A DNA stretch of 63,797 nt, the filler included, from Guillardia theta CCMP2712 (taxonomy: Eukaryota > Protista > Cryptophyta), in assembly GCF_000315625.1 (NCBI RefSeq). It is 6 parts of 6 records of this genome, joined end to end, with 100 filler letters (N's around TTAATTAATTAA, not from the genome) between each part and the next. Parts side by side here need not be neighbours in the genome. Positions count along the whole stretch, not along the records: positions 36,517 to 48,263 come from NW_005434589.1; 5 more parts are not named here. The stretch is one strand, 5' to 3'. The notes beneath the pieces are model-generated. The model was not told the DNA's origin and made no database searches. It saw nothing but the letters and a program-made list of their open reading frames with translations. The translations under genes were made by a program, and so were the position numbers. Positions within the stretch are counted from its first letter, which is position 1, and every line of letters starts with the position of its first letter. Positions 36,874 to 48,363 of this stretch are shown piece by piece.

Positions 36874-37569
36874 TCAACCCGAGCTGAACTCCTGCAGCAG
36901 CCAGTCCTCGTTGAAGAACTGGAGTCGGTCGACCCCCGTGAACGAGCCCAGGTCGTAGTCGGTCAAGAAGCCCGAGACGAGCAGGTCTTGCGGGTCAGTT
37001 GCCAGCAGGTCAACCTCGTGGATCCCCTCCTCTCCGCCCAGCAGCTCGGTATCAGCCCGCTCCTTCAGCTGCGGCGCGTCGCTGGTGAGGGTTAGGGGCA
37101 CGTCGGATGGCTTTACGGGGGTCTTAATCTCCCCCACGTCCAGAAGGTGCTCCATTGCTGCTTTCTCCAGCTCCTCCTCGCACAGCTTGCACTGCTCTGC
37201 CGACAGCAGGCAGCTCCCGCACAGCAGCTTGTGGAAGCACGTGACCCCCTTCCCGCACTCCTTGCACATGCTCTTGCCCTTGACGAGCACGTTCCCGTCG
37301 GGCGCCTTGGAGTTCAGCCGGATCGCTGACTTTGACATGCTCGGAAGCGCGGAGCTGCCCCAAGTCGGCACGACGCAGGTCACAAACTCGCCCCTGCGCG
37401 TGCACTCCTCGTGCCTCCCGCGCTTGAGGCAGCGAGTGCAAGGGACCTGCTCGTCGCACCGCAGCTTCTGCATCTTACACCTGTCGCACGCGATGGTCGT
37501 CTTGGACAGCTGTCGCTTCTTGTGGACGAAGCGAGGCAGGTCCATCCGGAAGGGGAGGGACGCGTTCAT
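36874..37569 (-). CDS. Zn(II)2Cys6 binuclear-cluster transcription factor
   Basis: ACDRCKMQKLRCDEQVPCTRCLKRGRHEEC matches the GAL4-type six-Cys pattern; acidic C-terminus. Confidence 0.88.
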   Translation of the reverse strand: MNASLPFRMDLPRFVHKKRQLSKTTIACDRCKMQKLRCDEQVPCTRCLKRGRHEECTRRGEFVTCVVPTWGSSALPSMSKSAIRLNSKAPDGNVLVKGKSMCKECGKGVTCFHKLLCGSCLLSAEQCKLCEEELEKAAMEHLLDVGEIKTPVKPSDVPLTLTSDAPQLKERADTELLGGEEGIHEVDLLATDPQDLLVSGFLTDYDLGSFTGVDRLQFFNEDWLLQEFSSG

Positions 37570-38769
37570 GGTAGCAGGAGGAGGGACTGGTTTGGAAGGG
37601 CTTAGCTTTTCCTAGTCGTCGTGGCTGATTATTTCTGTTGGCTGCTGCTCCAGTCGTCGAGCCCTGAGTCTTCGGCAGCTTCTAATTTCCTCCTCCCTCG
37701 GACTTCCTGTGGGGCACCAACAAGTCAAACTCTCATGTCAGCCGTGCTGGAATGCAGTCCAGCCGCACGCACGGTCGTCGTGGGGGCATCTGACCAAACA
37801 TGCTTCCTCGAGATCTGATTTCAACTGCACTCCTCTTTCTCCTAACTCGGTCGTTCCCTCTTCGTCTTTCTCACTTGAGGCTTGTTTCTCTAACACCATC
37901 ACTCCAGGCTCGAAATCGTTTCTTCAGCTCACAGATTTCTTCGACAGAGCTCATCCTCAAGGCAAGATGGTTCATATCGGGAGAGCACGCGCAGACAAAA
38001 CGGAGCTCAATTCCTCCTAAAACTCTGAGAACTGTTCTGCTTTTTGCGTTTGTACCAAACAAAACACTGATTGTTCCAGTAAACCCCCTGGAACATCAAG
38101 ACTTCCTGAAAATCTCTAAGATGAGTCTCTGCAAAGAATCTGCAGGGAATGCTCTTGCTATCTCGCCTCCTCTTGTATCCTGCGAATTTCAAGGCACTGC
38201 TTTCGGCTTTACAGCTTTTCCGCCTTCTTTGCCTCAGCTCTCTCTTGAACTCATCATATCCTCGTCTAATCGTGATAAAAGCCTGCTTCGCAGTAGCTCT
38301 TCAGACCTGCTATGATTTCTTCCCCTTTGCCTCCTTGCTTAGCCTTCCACCTCCTCGGTCGATGCCAATTTGTTCAGGTGACTGTCTCGTGTCGCTTCTA
38401 ATGAATTTCGCCTTTTCATTCCTCTAAACTCTTTCTCTTGCTCTTTCTTGCTGACCAACTCATTCGTATACCTAATCTATGTCTCATCTCACCATACTCG
38501 TTGCCCCATCCGGCCTGAGCGCCACTCTCTCACTTCACTGCATAGTGGAAGAGCTTCACCAAGAAACTCTGACGCATGCCCCTTTACCCTCTCCTCTCCG
38601 TTTCTTCACAGCATTCATCCCTTGCCTTCAGTTCTTCTTCTCTTCCATCGTTGCCTGCTGTGGTGTGCTCTACTCCTCGCTCGCCGCCCTCCCCTCCTCC
38701 CCTCTTCCCCTTCCTCGCCATGACATTTTCCGTACTTCACATGTGAAGTACATGTGAAGTAATTTGTAC

Positions 38770-39735
38770 ACCCTACCCCCAATGAGAATTTTTTTACTAC
38801 CCCTACCCCCGCAATATCCACCCTCTAGAGTTTATCCACCCCCATATCTATATTTTGATTTCAGTACCCCTTGTTGAACACGGAGGTGTTCTGTATCACC
38901 CCTACTTTAGAGATCAAAGTACCCCATAAACCACACACTTGCAAGCACCCCCACCTTCCTTTCTGTCCTCGTACTGCCTTACAAATACCCGCCTGTTTGA
39001 CAACCCACCCCCTGTGTTCTGAGTTTGTAGATCCGTATAGCACCCCTACTTCAATCACTACCCCCTTGGATATCACCCCCTTTATGACCTATGAAATACA
39101 CCCCATTGATAAGGTCTTGATACACCCCACCCCTCCATGAAATCTTCTCCGTAAAATTCCACCAGACAGCTCACTACCCTACCCCTCCATTTCACCCTCT
39201 TCAATCCTAGAACCACCCCACCCTAGATATCAACATTTTGATCATTCTCACCCCACCTGTATCGTCGGGCAGTTTCCCCCTTACCCACCCATCCGATTCG
39301 ATCTTCTAAAAATACTACCCCCTTTTCTACTTACATGTACCCCCTTCTATCACTCAAGAATGAGTGATAAGATCGTGTTTTAAACCCCCTACCCCTCCTT
39401 TTGTGTCTACAGGTCTACCTGAGGTCCATAAAACTTTTCCCGTACAGCACCTTTACCTACCGGTACTAGCACCACCCCCTACCCTCACACAAACTCTTCT
39501 TGTTGCTACACCCACCCCAGGGAATACCTAGCATCAACTTAGAATTAACCCCCTACTTACCAAGTACCTACCACCCCACCATGCAATGAACTTGTTAAAC
39601 TCGTGGTACCCTACCCCCCTTCCCTAAAACGACCCGGCACTTCCGGGGTACAGGCCACCTTGTTGACCTAATTTTTTTTCATTTTAAAGACTACCCCTGG
39701 TAAATACGGTACATCACTGGGAAACCACCCCCTCC
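38770..39735. repeat. TACCCC/CACCCC-rich intergenic tract
   Basis: Dozens of dispersed (T/C)ACCCC motifs, almost all on the + strand, not strictly tandem. Confidence 0.7.
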
Positions 39736-40307
39736 AGCTAGCCCCCCGCCCCCGCCGGGGCCCCTTTCCGGCCATCGCCGGGTTATGCAAGCCTCGTACT
39801 ATTTATTACTTAACTTTGAGTAAAAGACCAGCCTCGGTGGTGACCGTGAGCCTCCGATGCTCAGCGGCTCGGGCCGGAGTCGGTCGGAGTGACGGTCCGA
39901 TCGGACCGGCCGGTTACCCGACTCCGGGCCACGCTCCAGGCTCCGGAAGTTAGCGCTCTGCATAGCGCTATGGTCACAGGTTGTTACTAAGTTAACTTGA
40001 AGGCCCGGCGGCGGCAATCCGATCATCGGATGATCCGATGATCGTCCGGCGTGAGCGGCAAGATTGTCCTCGTACTGATTTTTAATTCAACTTTGAGTAA
40101 AGAAGACAAGGCGGGAAACACGGAAAGAACTTATAGTTCCGAGTTCAATCAGTAAAGATAAACTTGAAAACTTGAACCAATCCAGCCCATGCCACTGACG
40201 AAAGTGAACTCAGCTCTAGTGACAATCGCGGCGATGCCGCTGAGTCGCCAAGACTTGAAGTTAGAGGAGGCGAGTCAACCCGTGCCACGGTCAGCTGGCC
40301 CGGGGAA

Positions 40308-42068
40308 TCAATCGCTCGAGTCACTGGAGGACGCGGAGTCTTTCTTTGCTTGCTTGTCCTTCTGATCCGAATGTCACACGACGCTGGTAGGAGGGGAGGA
40401 ACGAAGATCGTCTCTCACCTTGTGCTTCTTGTGCTTCTTGTGCTTCTTATCCTTGGAGCGCACTCAACATTAGGGCAGAGACGGGCAGAGAGCAGGAGAT
40501 GGCACCTTCTTCTTCTTGTCCTTCTTCTTCTTCTCCTGTGCAAAGGGCTAAGAGGCGAGCAAACTTGACGAGCTCACATTGTGGTCACCTCCTTGAGCAT
40601 AGCCTTGAGCTTCTTCATCTCATCCTTGTCGCCCTGCTCGAACTCAACAAGTGAGGAGTCTGGACAGCAGCAGCAGCCGCAGCAGCAGCAGCTCGTCCTT
40701 CACCTCCCTCGCGCTCCCTCCCGACATCCTCCGTGCATCTTGCTGCATCAACAAGTCAGACGAGAAGTGATATGCTGGGGATGGTGGCTACGTCTGGAGA
40801 TGGTGACCTGACGATCGCGTAATCGCCGGATTGACCGTCATGGCCCCTCTTGCTTCTGTTGAGGCAAAGATGGTAAGAAGACAATCATCACAGGCAGATT
40901 TCAAACTTCTTCTGCAGCAGCGCCCAGGCATCTTCACGGAATTGTCCAGGGCTGAGGGTTCAGTGAAGTCAGGATCGGGCAGCCCATGGAGGAGGAGAGG
41001 AAGGAGGAGGAAGGAGGACGCAAGGGGATGGGGAGGGAGTTTTGCAGGGATGGGCAGTCAACAAACCGAGCAAGTGGGTCATCGATGTCGATCTTCCTCT
41101 CTCGATCCCTGTGGCCTCCAGGACCACTGCAATGTCCTCTTCAGCCTCCGGAAAGCAAGTATCACCTACTATGACCTCCTCCTGCTCTTCTCTACGAGGT
41201 ATTCTGCGTTCTCCGGGTCCAAGTCTCTGCCAGATGCCTGAGCAAGCGAGGTCAGCCATGCTCATGTCCACGTGGCAAGGAGCTAGCATAGCTCAAGGCA
41301 CCTGTGACGCATACTTCATGCTCAGAGAGATCTTCCCCTGCTCCTCGTCGATCTCGCACACCTATCCATCCTCCCTTCAGCACTGTCCTCCGCTCCACCA
41401 CCTGAGCACGCTCACCTTGACCCACACATCATCACCAACATCAACGATGTCCTTGGGTTCAATACGCGTACCTCGACCAGAGTCCGTCAACTGACTGACA
41501 TGGACGAGTCCCCACTTGGTGCAGCCCTCGATCTCCACGAAGGCTCCGAAGTCGGCAACTCGAACAACCTTTCCCTTCTTGATGGAGTACAACTCCGGCA
41601 TTCTCCCTATCGGACGTGCTTGTTGTTGCCCCCTCTGGCTCGCATCGAAGGGCCTCTTTGTTCCACACTGAGCGCAACATCAGCGGTGAAGTCATATCCA
41701 GATTCCAGACCTTGAAGCATTCAGTCTTGCTCCCAAACACGTTGGCCTGACATTTCGGGCACGTCCAATCATTGTCCCTCCTTTGAATCGGAGGACCTGA
41801 GCCCCCTGGGCCTGAGAGTCCCGCCCTTCTTGCAAAAGCCTCTGCCCCGGAGACGCTCATCTTGCGTCTGCGGAAGTTAAAACCAACGTCGAGTAGCGGA
41901 GACGCAGTTCACCTGTACTCGCGGTATGCTTCATCCTCTCCACCCCCACTCTCTCTCTTCTGGCCACGATCCCTGTCATCTCTGCCTCTGTCTTCTCTTC
42001 CCCTCTCGAGCCCCCTCCTCTCTCTGCTCCTCTCTCTTTCCTTGCTTCTGTCCCTGCTTCGGCTTCTT

Positions 42069-42100
<32 letters not shown>

Positions 42101-42400
42101 CCTGTCCCTGCTCCTGCTCCTGCTCCTCCTGTCCCTGCTCCGGCTCCGCCTATCTCGGCTCCTGCTCCGCCTGTCCCGGCTCCTGCTCCTCCTGTCCCTG
42201 CTCCTGCTCCTGCTCAAGTCCCTGCTTCGGCTGCGCCTATCTCGCCGCTGATCTCTGTCTCGACTGCGCCTATCTCGCCGCTGATCTCTGTCTCGACCTC
42301 TACTTCCCCCATCTCTGTCTCTGGACAAGCTCCTGCAAACGCAAGGTGAAATTAGACGCTTCAACCCATGCCATCATGCAGTACCATCCCCTCCCTGCCC
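40308..42400 (-). CDS. ZCCHC17/pNO40-like S1 RNA-binding protein with an N-terminal RS region and RanBP2-type zinc finger; multi-exon
   Basis: (RS/RD)n; DWTCPKCQANVFGSKTECFK|C; PELYSIKKGKVVRVADFGAFVEIEGCTKWGLVHVSQL..IVDVGDDVWVK..ISLSMKY..GRDLDP; Lys-rich tail DKKHKKHKKHK; start approximate. Confidence 0.8.
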
Positions 42401-43868
42401 CCCCTCCCCGACCTCCCTCTCCTTTTCTCCGGTCCCACCTACCACCGGCACCCGGCCCTCGGCGTTTAAATCCTGTTCACTCCGCATCTTTCCCACATAC
42501 TGGCAATCACCCACTCCCTTGATCCTCATCTTCTTTCCTGGTCCTTTCTCGCTACCTCTTCTTTTCAGCCCTTCCCGCCATCGTTGCTCTGGCACAAGAA
42601 CGTCCCTCGTTGCGTCCCACACAGTTCCTGACTACCCTTGCCCTTCATCATCTCATCTCCATCATCTCATCTCCACTCCTCCATCCATCCTTCTCGTCCC
42701 TTCATTCATAATCCCTCCTCTTCCTCACTCCTTCCTCCTCCTCCCGCCCCCTCTTTGCCATTTTCTCCCTGCAGTTTACCTATTAGGTCGCATTTCTGCC
42801 GTCGTGTCCGCACTACCACTATTGAGCAACTGCTGGGGTAGGGGTACCAACAGATGGGTGGGGGTATTTACTCTCGGTGGTAGGGTATTTACAGGGGGTT
42901 ATATAACGTCAATGGACGGGGTGACATGCAACAAAAATGGTAAGGGGCGACAATAGAAGGGGTGGTGAGAAAATATCAAGGGGTAGGGCTCGTCGAAGTG
43001 AATTCACCGGGGGTGGGGTGGGTCCCGCCCGGATCCTCAACTTCAGTCTCTGCCCCACAGGATTTTCTAAACTCACACCTGGGGCGAGCTTGAAATTTCA
43101 ATCTGAAATTGAAAAAAGTACCCCTCCATAAAGTACCCCAACCCCCTATTTATACTAATCGTGTGAGTCAATGTACCCGTACTTTGAATGTGGATGACCA
43201 CCAGTACCTCCTCAACTTCAACATTAGTACCCCACCCAGATATTTGGACGATATCACCACCGGTGATCATCTCTCCTCCCGCCCGCTTCATGCTGCGGAT
43301 CCTCGTGCGGCTCGAAGGAGAGAAGGCGGGGAGAAGGAGGGAGAGAGGAAGAGGAGAGAAGATTGAGAGGGGAAGAATGACATCAAGGATGGCGAAGAGG
43401 AACAGGAAGGGAGGGAGGGCAAGGGATGGGAAGAGAGCGAAAGTGAGAGGAAACAGAGAAATGGGGCAAGGAAGCCTGTGGAAGGAAGGGGGGCGAGGGG
43501 ATGTATGGAAGATGAACGTGATAGGATGTCAGGGAAAAATGATGAAACAGATGTAACATCAGTGAGAAAGAAAGCGACAGTGAGAAAGGACGTTCGATGC
43601 TGAGGATGAAGAATGAAGGACAAGGTGAAGGGCGGATAGTGTAAAACTCGGCGCAGTTGAAAGCGGGGGATTGATACGCGATGGTTGGAAGGAAAGCGAA
43701 GAGCGAGTAGATATCATAGTAGCATACATGTGTATGTTTGGGCTACAAGTGACGATGGTGAGAGTTGTTATCTGTCTTTGGTCAAGAATGCTTGTAGAAC
43801 GAATTGAATCTCGATGCGGACGCGGCTATGATTTAAGTCGCTGAATTTCTTTGCTCTGTGCAGTCATC

Positions 43869-46800
43869 ATGTCCATCTTTGGACATGACAGGTCATTCTT
43901 CCCTTCCAACGTGAGCCATGCCGGGGAGTCTCTGCGCTCAGCCGATCAAGCGCTGGATCCGGCTGTACACAAGGCTGAATCGTTGGCAAGAGTTCACAAG
44001 GTGAGGAGCTGCCATGTTGGCGGAGGATGCCATCGACTGACGGCAACGACGTTGCAGCTGCTGGATGAAGAGATGGACAACGATGAGAGGATGAGGCTGA
44101 GGGGTCAGTGGGCAGGAGAGCGCAACAGCGTGTATGAGGCAGACGACGTTGGGATCGAGTTCTCAGCGGAGAGCCGAGATCGCCTCCCGGACCTTGTTGT
44201 GAGCAGGTTGGAGAACATGCGGGACCTCTGCTTCTTCGGAATCCTGCGCGAGATCAACATCGCCTGGGCTTCCGTGGACGACGTCATCTGCCTTTGGTCT
44301 CCTGTAAGCCGTGCCTGCTGTGAACTTTCGTCCTCATATGCTCCTCCTAGGTCCCGCAGGAAGGGACTCGTCCTCCCGCACGGACCTTGCACTGCAAAGA
44401 CTACGTGACAGCGGTCTGCCTCGTGCGACCGGACCCGAGCAAGACGTACGACTGCGACGGGATGCCCATGTTCTTCCTGGCCGTTGGCTTGCGAGAGAGT
44501 GTGGAGCTGTTCAAGCTTGAGCTGACTGAGACGGAGATCGTCATCCATGACACCAACATCGAGATCCCCGTTGAGTCGTACGTCTGCAAGATGGTCTCGA
44601 CTCCACTTGGTCGACTCTTCATCGGGTGCTCCGATGGCTGCGTGTACGAGCTTCACTACGATGAGGACGATTACTCTTTGAGGTAAGGAGCAACCCCCCG
44701 CACACACACACCTGCCGCTTGGCCGCTACATCGTACTGAGAGCTGCTTTTTCTTGGCAGCTCCTTCTGGCGCCCGAGGAAGTTCCGAAAGAAGTCATGCC
44801 AGTCCTTCCGCTTCGATGAAATCTTCCGCGGTGTCTCGCGGATGATCAAGACGGTGGACACAGACCCCATCACTGAGATGGTCTATGATTCCTCTAGGCA
44901 CATCCTCTACGCCCTCTCCCAGCAACGGGCCGAGCAAGACTCCCAGCGGTCTGCCATGCAGAGAAGCTACATCTGTCGCTACTCCCTCGGGCCTGACGGC
45001 CGGTCGGGAGTTCAGTACCTGGGCCGGTCGGACCTTGAGAGGGCAACGCAGGGGATCGAGCAGGCAAGGAGGATGCCGATGAGTCAGGGAGCGAAGGCAG
45101 CAGACCATGACATCGTCGCTGTGCATGCGATCGACGTGGCAGAGAGCGTGCAGTGTCAGTGTGTTCTGGTCACTTCGACTGGCTACAGGATCTTCCTCGA
45201 GTGGCAGGAAGGATCGAAGCAAGTCAGGGTGAGATCTACCAAGGCCCCTCCCTCTGCAGCTGCCGCCATGCACGGAGGCAGGAGCATGCCGGAGACGAGG
45301 GTGCAGTGCTCCTTGTACCGCCATGGCATCTTCTTGCTCGGCATGCCGAACCTGGTCGTGTGCATTGCTGGGACGCACAACCAGTCAGAAACGGAGGAGA
45401 GGGAGGTTTACTTTGAGATCCCGATGGCCCAGCATTTGCCGGATGCGTACGGTGCTGTGCAGATGTGGATGCTGGAGGAGGTGACCTGCCTTGCTGGGAG
45501 CGGATCTGCTGTCGTCCCTGCTGGGACCAAGGCGAACCCAAGGGGAGGGACCGTTCAGTCCACCAACGAGCTCCTGCAGCAGCACGTCTCGTCTCCGAGG
45601 AGGTTCTTGTGCATAGGAAGCAGCGGAGTTGTTGTCGTGCACAGGCAGCAGCCGTGGGAGAAGCTCAGGTTTGCCTCTCAGCACGCGGAAGCCTTGGAAA
45701 GCCAGGCAAGGATGCTGGGGAAAGAGGGCTGGCATTACTTCCTCCGGTTTCCTAAGGAGCAGGCATGCGCCTCCGCCATCTATTGGTGGGTCCAGGCAGG
45801 AGGAGGGCAGCAGCAGTACAGCGACCCGTCGAGGAGGAGGACGGAGGCTGAGCAGGCAGCGAGCGTGTTTTTCCACACGGCATACAACGTGGACGTGCAG
45901 CAGGTAGCGCACACAAGCTTCCGAGAGGAGGAGCTCAAGGAGCCGCGCATGCGCGGTTTGCTCATCGCCCTTTCAAGGTTCCTGCGTCCTGTCTGGTGGT
46001 ACAAACTTTTTGACGCCTCCTCGTCCCTCCTCTCCCACTCCGAGTGGGAGCGACTGGTGTGGCAGCTGCAGCTCTTGGCTAAGTTCCTCACGGACAACGA
46101 GGACAAGCTGCCCAGGGGGAAGGGCCTGGGAATGACGCAGTCGAGGATGGCGCTGGGGAGCTCGAGCTTTGCGTCGTCGGTCAACAGCCCAGGGCTGCCG
46201 CTGTCAGTGCGGGAGATAAGGGACATGGTGAACATGTGCAAGGAAGTCTGCTCCTTCATGGCGATCGCAACTCGGAACGGGCTGGGCAGCATCCTGCAGG
46301 AGGTGGACTTGTCGCAGATCAAGGAGCTTGAGTTCAAGACGGCAGTCCTCCGGCTGGTGGGGAAGCCAAAACAGAACGAGATCTACCTGCAGCAGCAGGT
46401 GCTCGCGGTGATCGAGAAGCTTATCGAGCAGAGCCCCGCCTCGCAGCCTCGCCTCCTCCTCCCGGGCGAGCAGGCCTTCTCTCCGTCCTCTGTCAACGAC
46501 TACATGGTGCGGTCGGCGATCAGGAGGGAGAAGCTGATCCGGGACATCGAGGAGCAGTGCCCCAACATCTTCAGACCCGCCGAGCACAGCAAGATGAGGG
46601 CCCGGAAGTGCCTGGCGGAGGCCCGGGAGTCCTACCAGTACCACCCCGATCGGGTGCAGCAGTGCCTGTCCGAGGCCCGGGAGCTCTACAACCGGGTCAG
46701 CAAGGACTTGAACGAGGACGACATTCATCGCATGTGCGACAGCTTCTGCGAGCTCAATGAGCACCTGGCGGCCATCCAGGTCCTCCTCAAGAGGTTCTCG

Positions 46801-48177
46801 GAGAAGTCGGAGCCCGTCTCCCCAGCTGAGGCCGCGAAGCTGCAGCTCCTCCTCCACCTCCTCGCATCCCAGTCGGACAAGTCCTCCTTCACCAAGGCGC
46901 TTGAGGTCGCTCTAGAGCACAAGGGGCTCTACACCTCCCGCGTGTCCTCTGTCGACGTGAACACCAACGAAGAGTTCCTCTTCCCTACCGTCTACGTCGT
47001 CTTCCGCTCCGTCCTCGATGACTCGAGCTTCGGGTCGCTCTGGCCGATCCTCCGCCGCCTTCCCCTCCTCAAGAAGTCCTCCGCCCCCCAGCACCACCTC
47101 ATCGCCTTCCTCCGCGGCAGGCCGGACGGCCCGGACAAGCTGGTGGAGCTGTACAACGAGACCGGGCAGTTCTCTAAGGCAGGGGAGATCTGCTTGCAAG
47201 AGGCAGTGAGGCCTGTGGAGAAGGGGGTGCCGACCCTCGACGATCGCATCCGTTGGTACCGTGAGGTGCTGCTGCTACTTCTGATCCTTCCTTCCCACTG
47301 CTACTCCTTCTCTCCTCTCCTCTCCTCTCCTCTCCTCTCCTCTCCTCTCCTCTCCTCTCCTCTCCTCTCCTCTCCTCTCCTCTCCTCTCCTCTCCTCTCC
47401 TCTCCTCTCCTCTCCCCTACTCTTCTCCGCTCCTTCTCTCCTTCTCTTCTCCTTCTCTTCGTCTTCTTCTTCTCCTCTCCTCCTTGCAACTCGCTTGTCG
47501 ACTCCTCTCCCTTCCCCCCTCTCTTTCCCCTCTGCTCTCCTCGCCCTTATCTTCCTCGCTCTCCCCCTCCTCTCAACCAACACCCACGTGACCAGCTGCG
47601 AGCAGGCCGCCAAGGCAGCGAAGCTCAACGGAGGCATGCTCAACAGTCAGCACCAGGCCACCATGCTAGACCAGTACGCGGACATCTGCCACATCCAGCA
47701 GCATCTGCTTGAGCAGGTTGACATTCTCCTCCGCCGCAAGCCCAGCAGCGCCCTCCGAGCCATGGCCGCGAGGATGCAGGAGAGGGCCATGGGGCTGCAG
47801 GACTTGTTCGGGTGCTCGGTTGACGCCGAGTGCTACGAGGTTGCTCTCGAAGTCTGCGAGCTGGCGTCGTCAGCTGGAGAGGTGCAGGAGGACGCCATGA
47901 ACTTGCCGCAGGTGGTCAAGAAACTCTGGACCCTCCTGCTAGAGCAGGCGTGGACGGCGCCATGGGAGGAGGAGGAGGAGGCGCAGGACGTGAGGAAGAG
48001 GTGGAGGAGGGTGGAGGCGGCGATGGCGAGCGTGGGAAAGCGGTACATCCCGAAACCTGCCTTCCTCCCTCTGCAGGAGATCGTCGAGTGGCTGGAGGAG
48101 AAGGTGAAGCAGGAGGAGGAAGGGGGGGAGGAGGACGGGAAATGGGAGAGACGAGGAGGAGAGGAATTGCACAGGGA

Positions 48178-48209
<32 letters not shown>

Positions 48210-48263
48210 AGCTGATACTGGTTCAGGCGTACAAGAACCTTTATGGTCCTTGCCCGGCGAGTT
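43869..48263 (+). CDS. NUP155: Nucleoporin Nup155/Nup170-like; 3' end cut by the linker
   Basis: FGILREINIAWASVDDVICLW, VTAVCLVRP, GRLFIGCSDGCVYELHY, YDSSRHILYALS, LSRFLRPVW follow the Nup155 propeller plus solenoid layout. Confidence 0.8.
47310..47415 (+). repeat. (CCTCT)n intronic microsatellite; similar tracts: (CTG)n ~17759-17811, (CCTTGT)n ~16116-16165, (GGGGCA)n ~36063-36117, (GGA)n ~25114-25221
   Basis: Directly visible simple repeats. Confidence 0.9.
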
Positions 48264-48363
48264 NNNNNNNNNNNNNNNNNNNNNNNNNNNNNNNNNNNNN
48301 NNNNNNNTTAATTAATTAANNNNNNNNNNNNNNNNNNNNNNNNNNNNNNNNNNNNNNNNNNNN

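Noticed and set aside
37871-38310. Possible small spliced gene on the minus strand upstream of the Zn2Cys6 gene
   Set aside because: Short ORFs with no recognisable motif; cannot be supported without RNA data.
38770-39735. Interstitial telomere interpretation of the ACCCC tracts
   Set aside because: Motifs are dispersed with variable spacing and do not form tandem CCCTAA(A) repeats.
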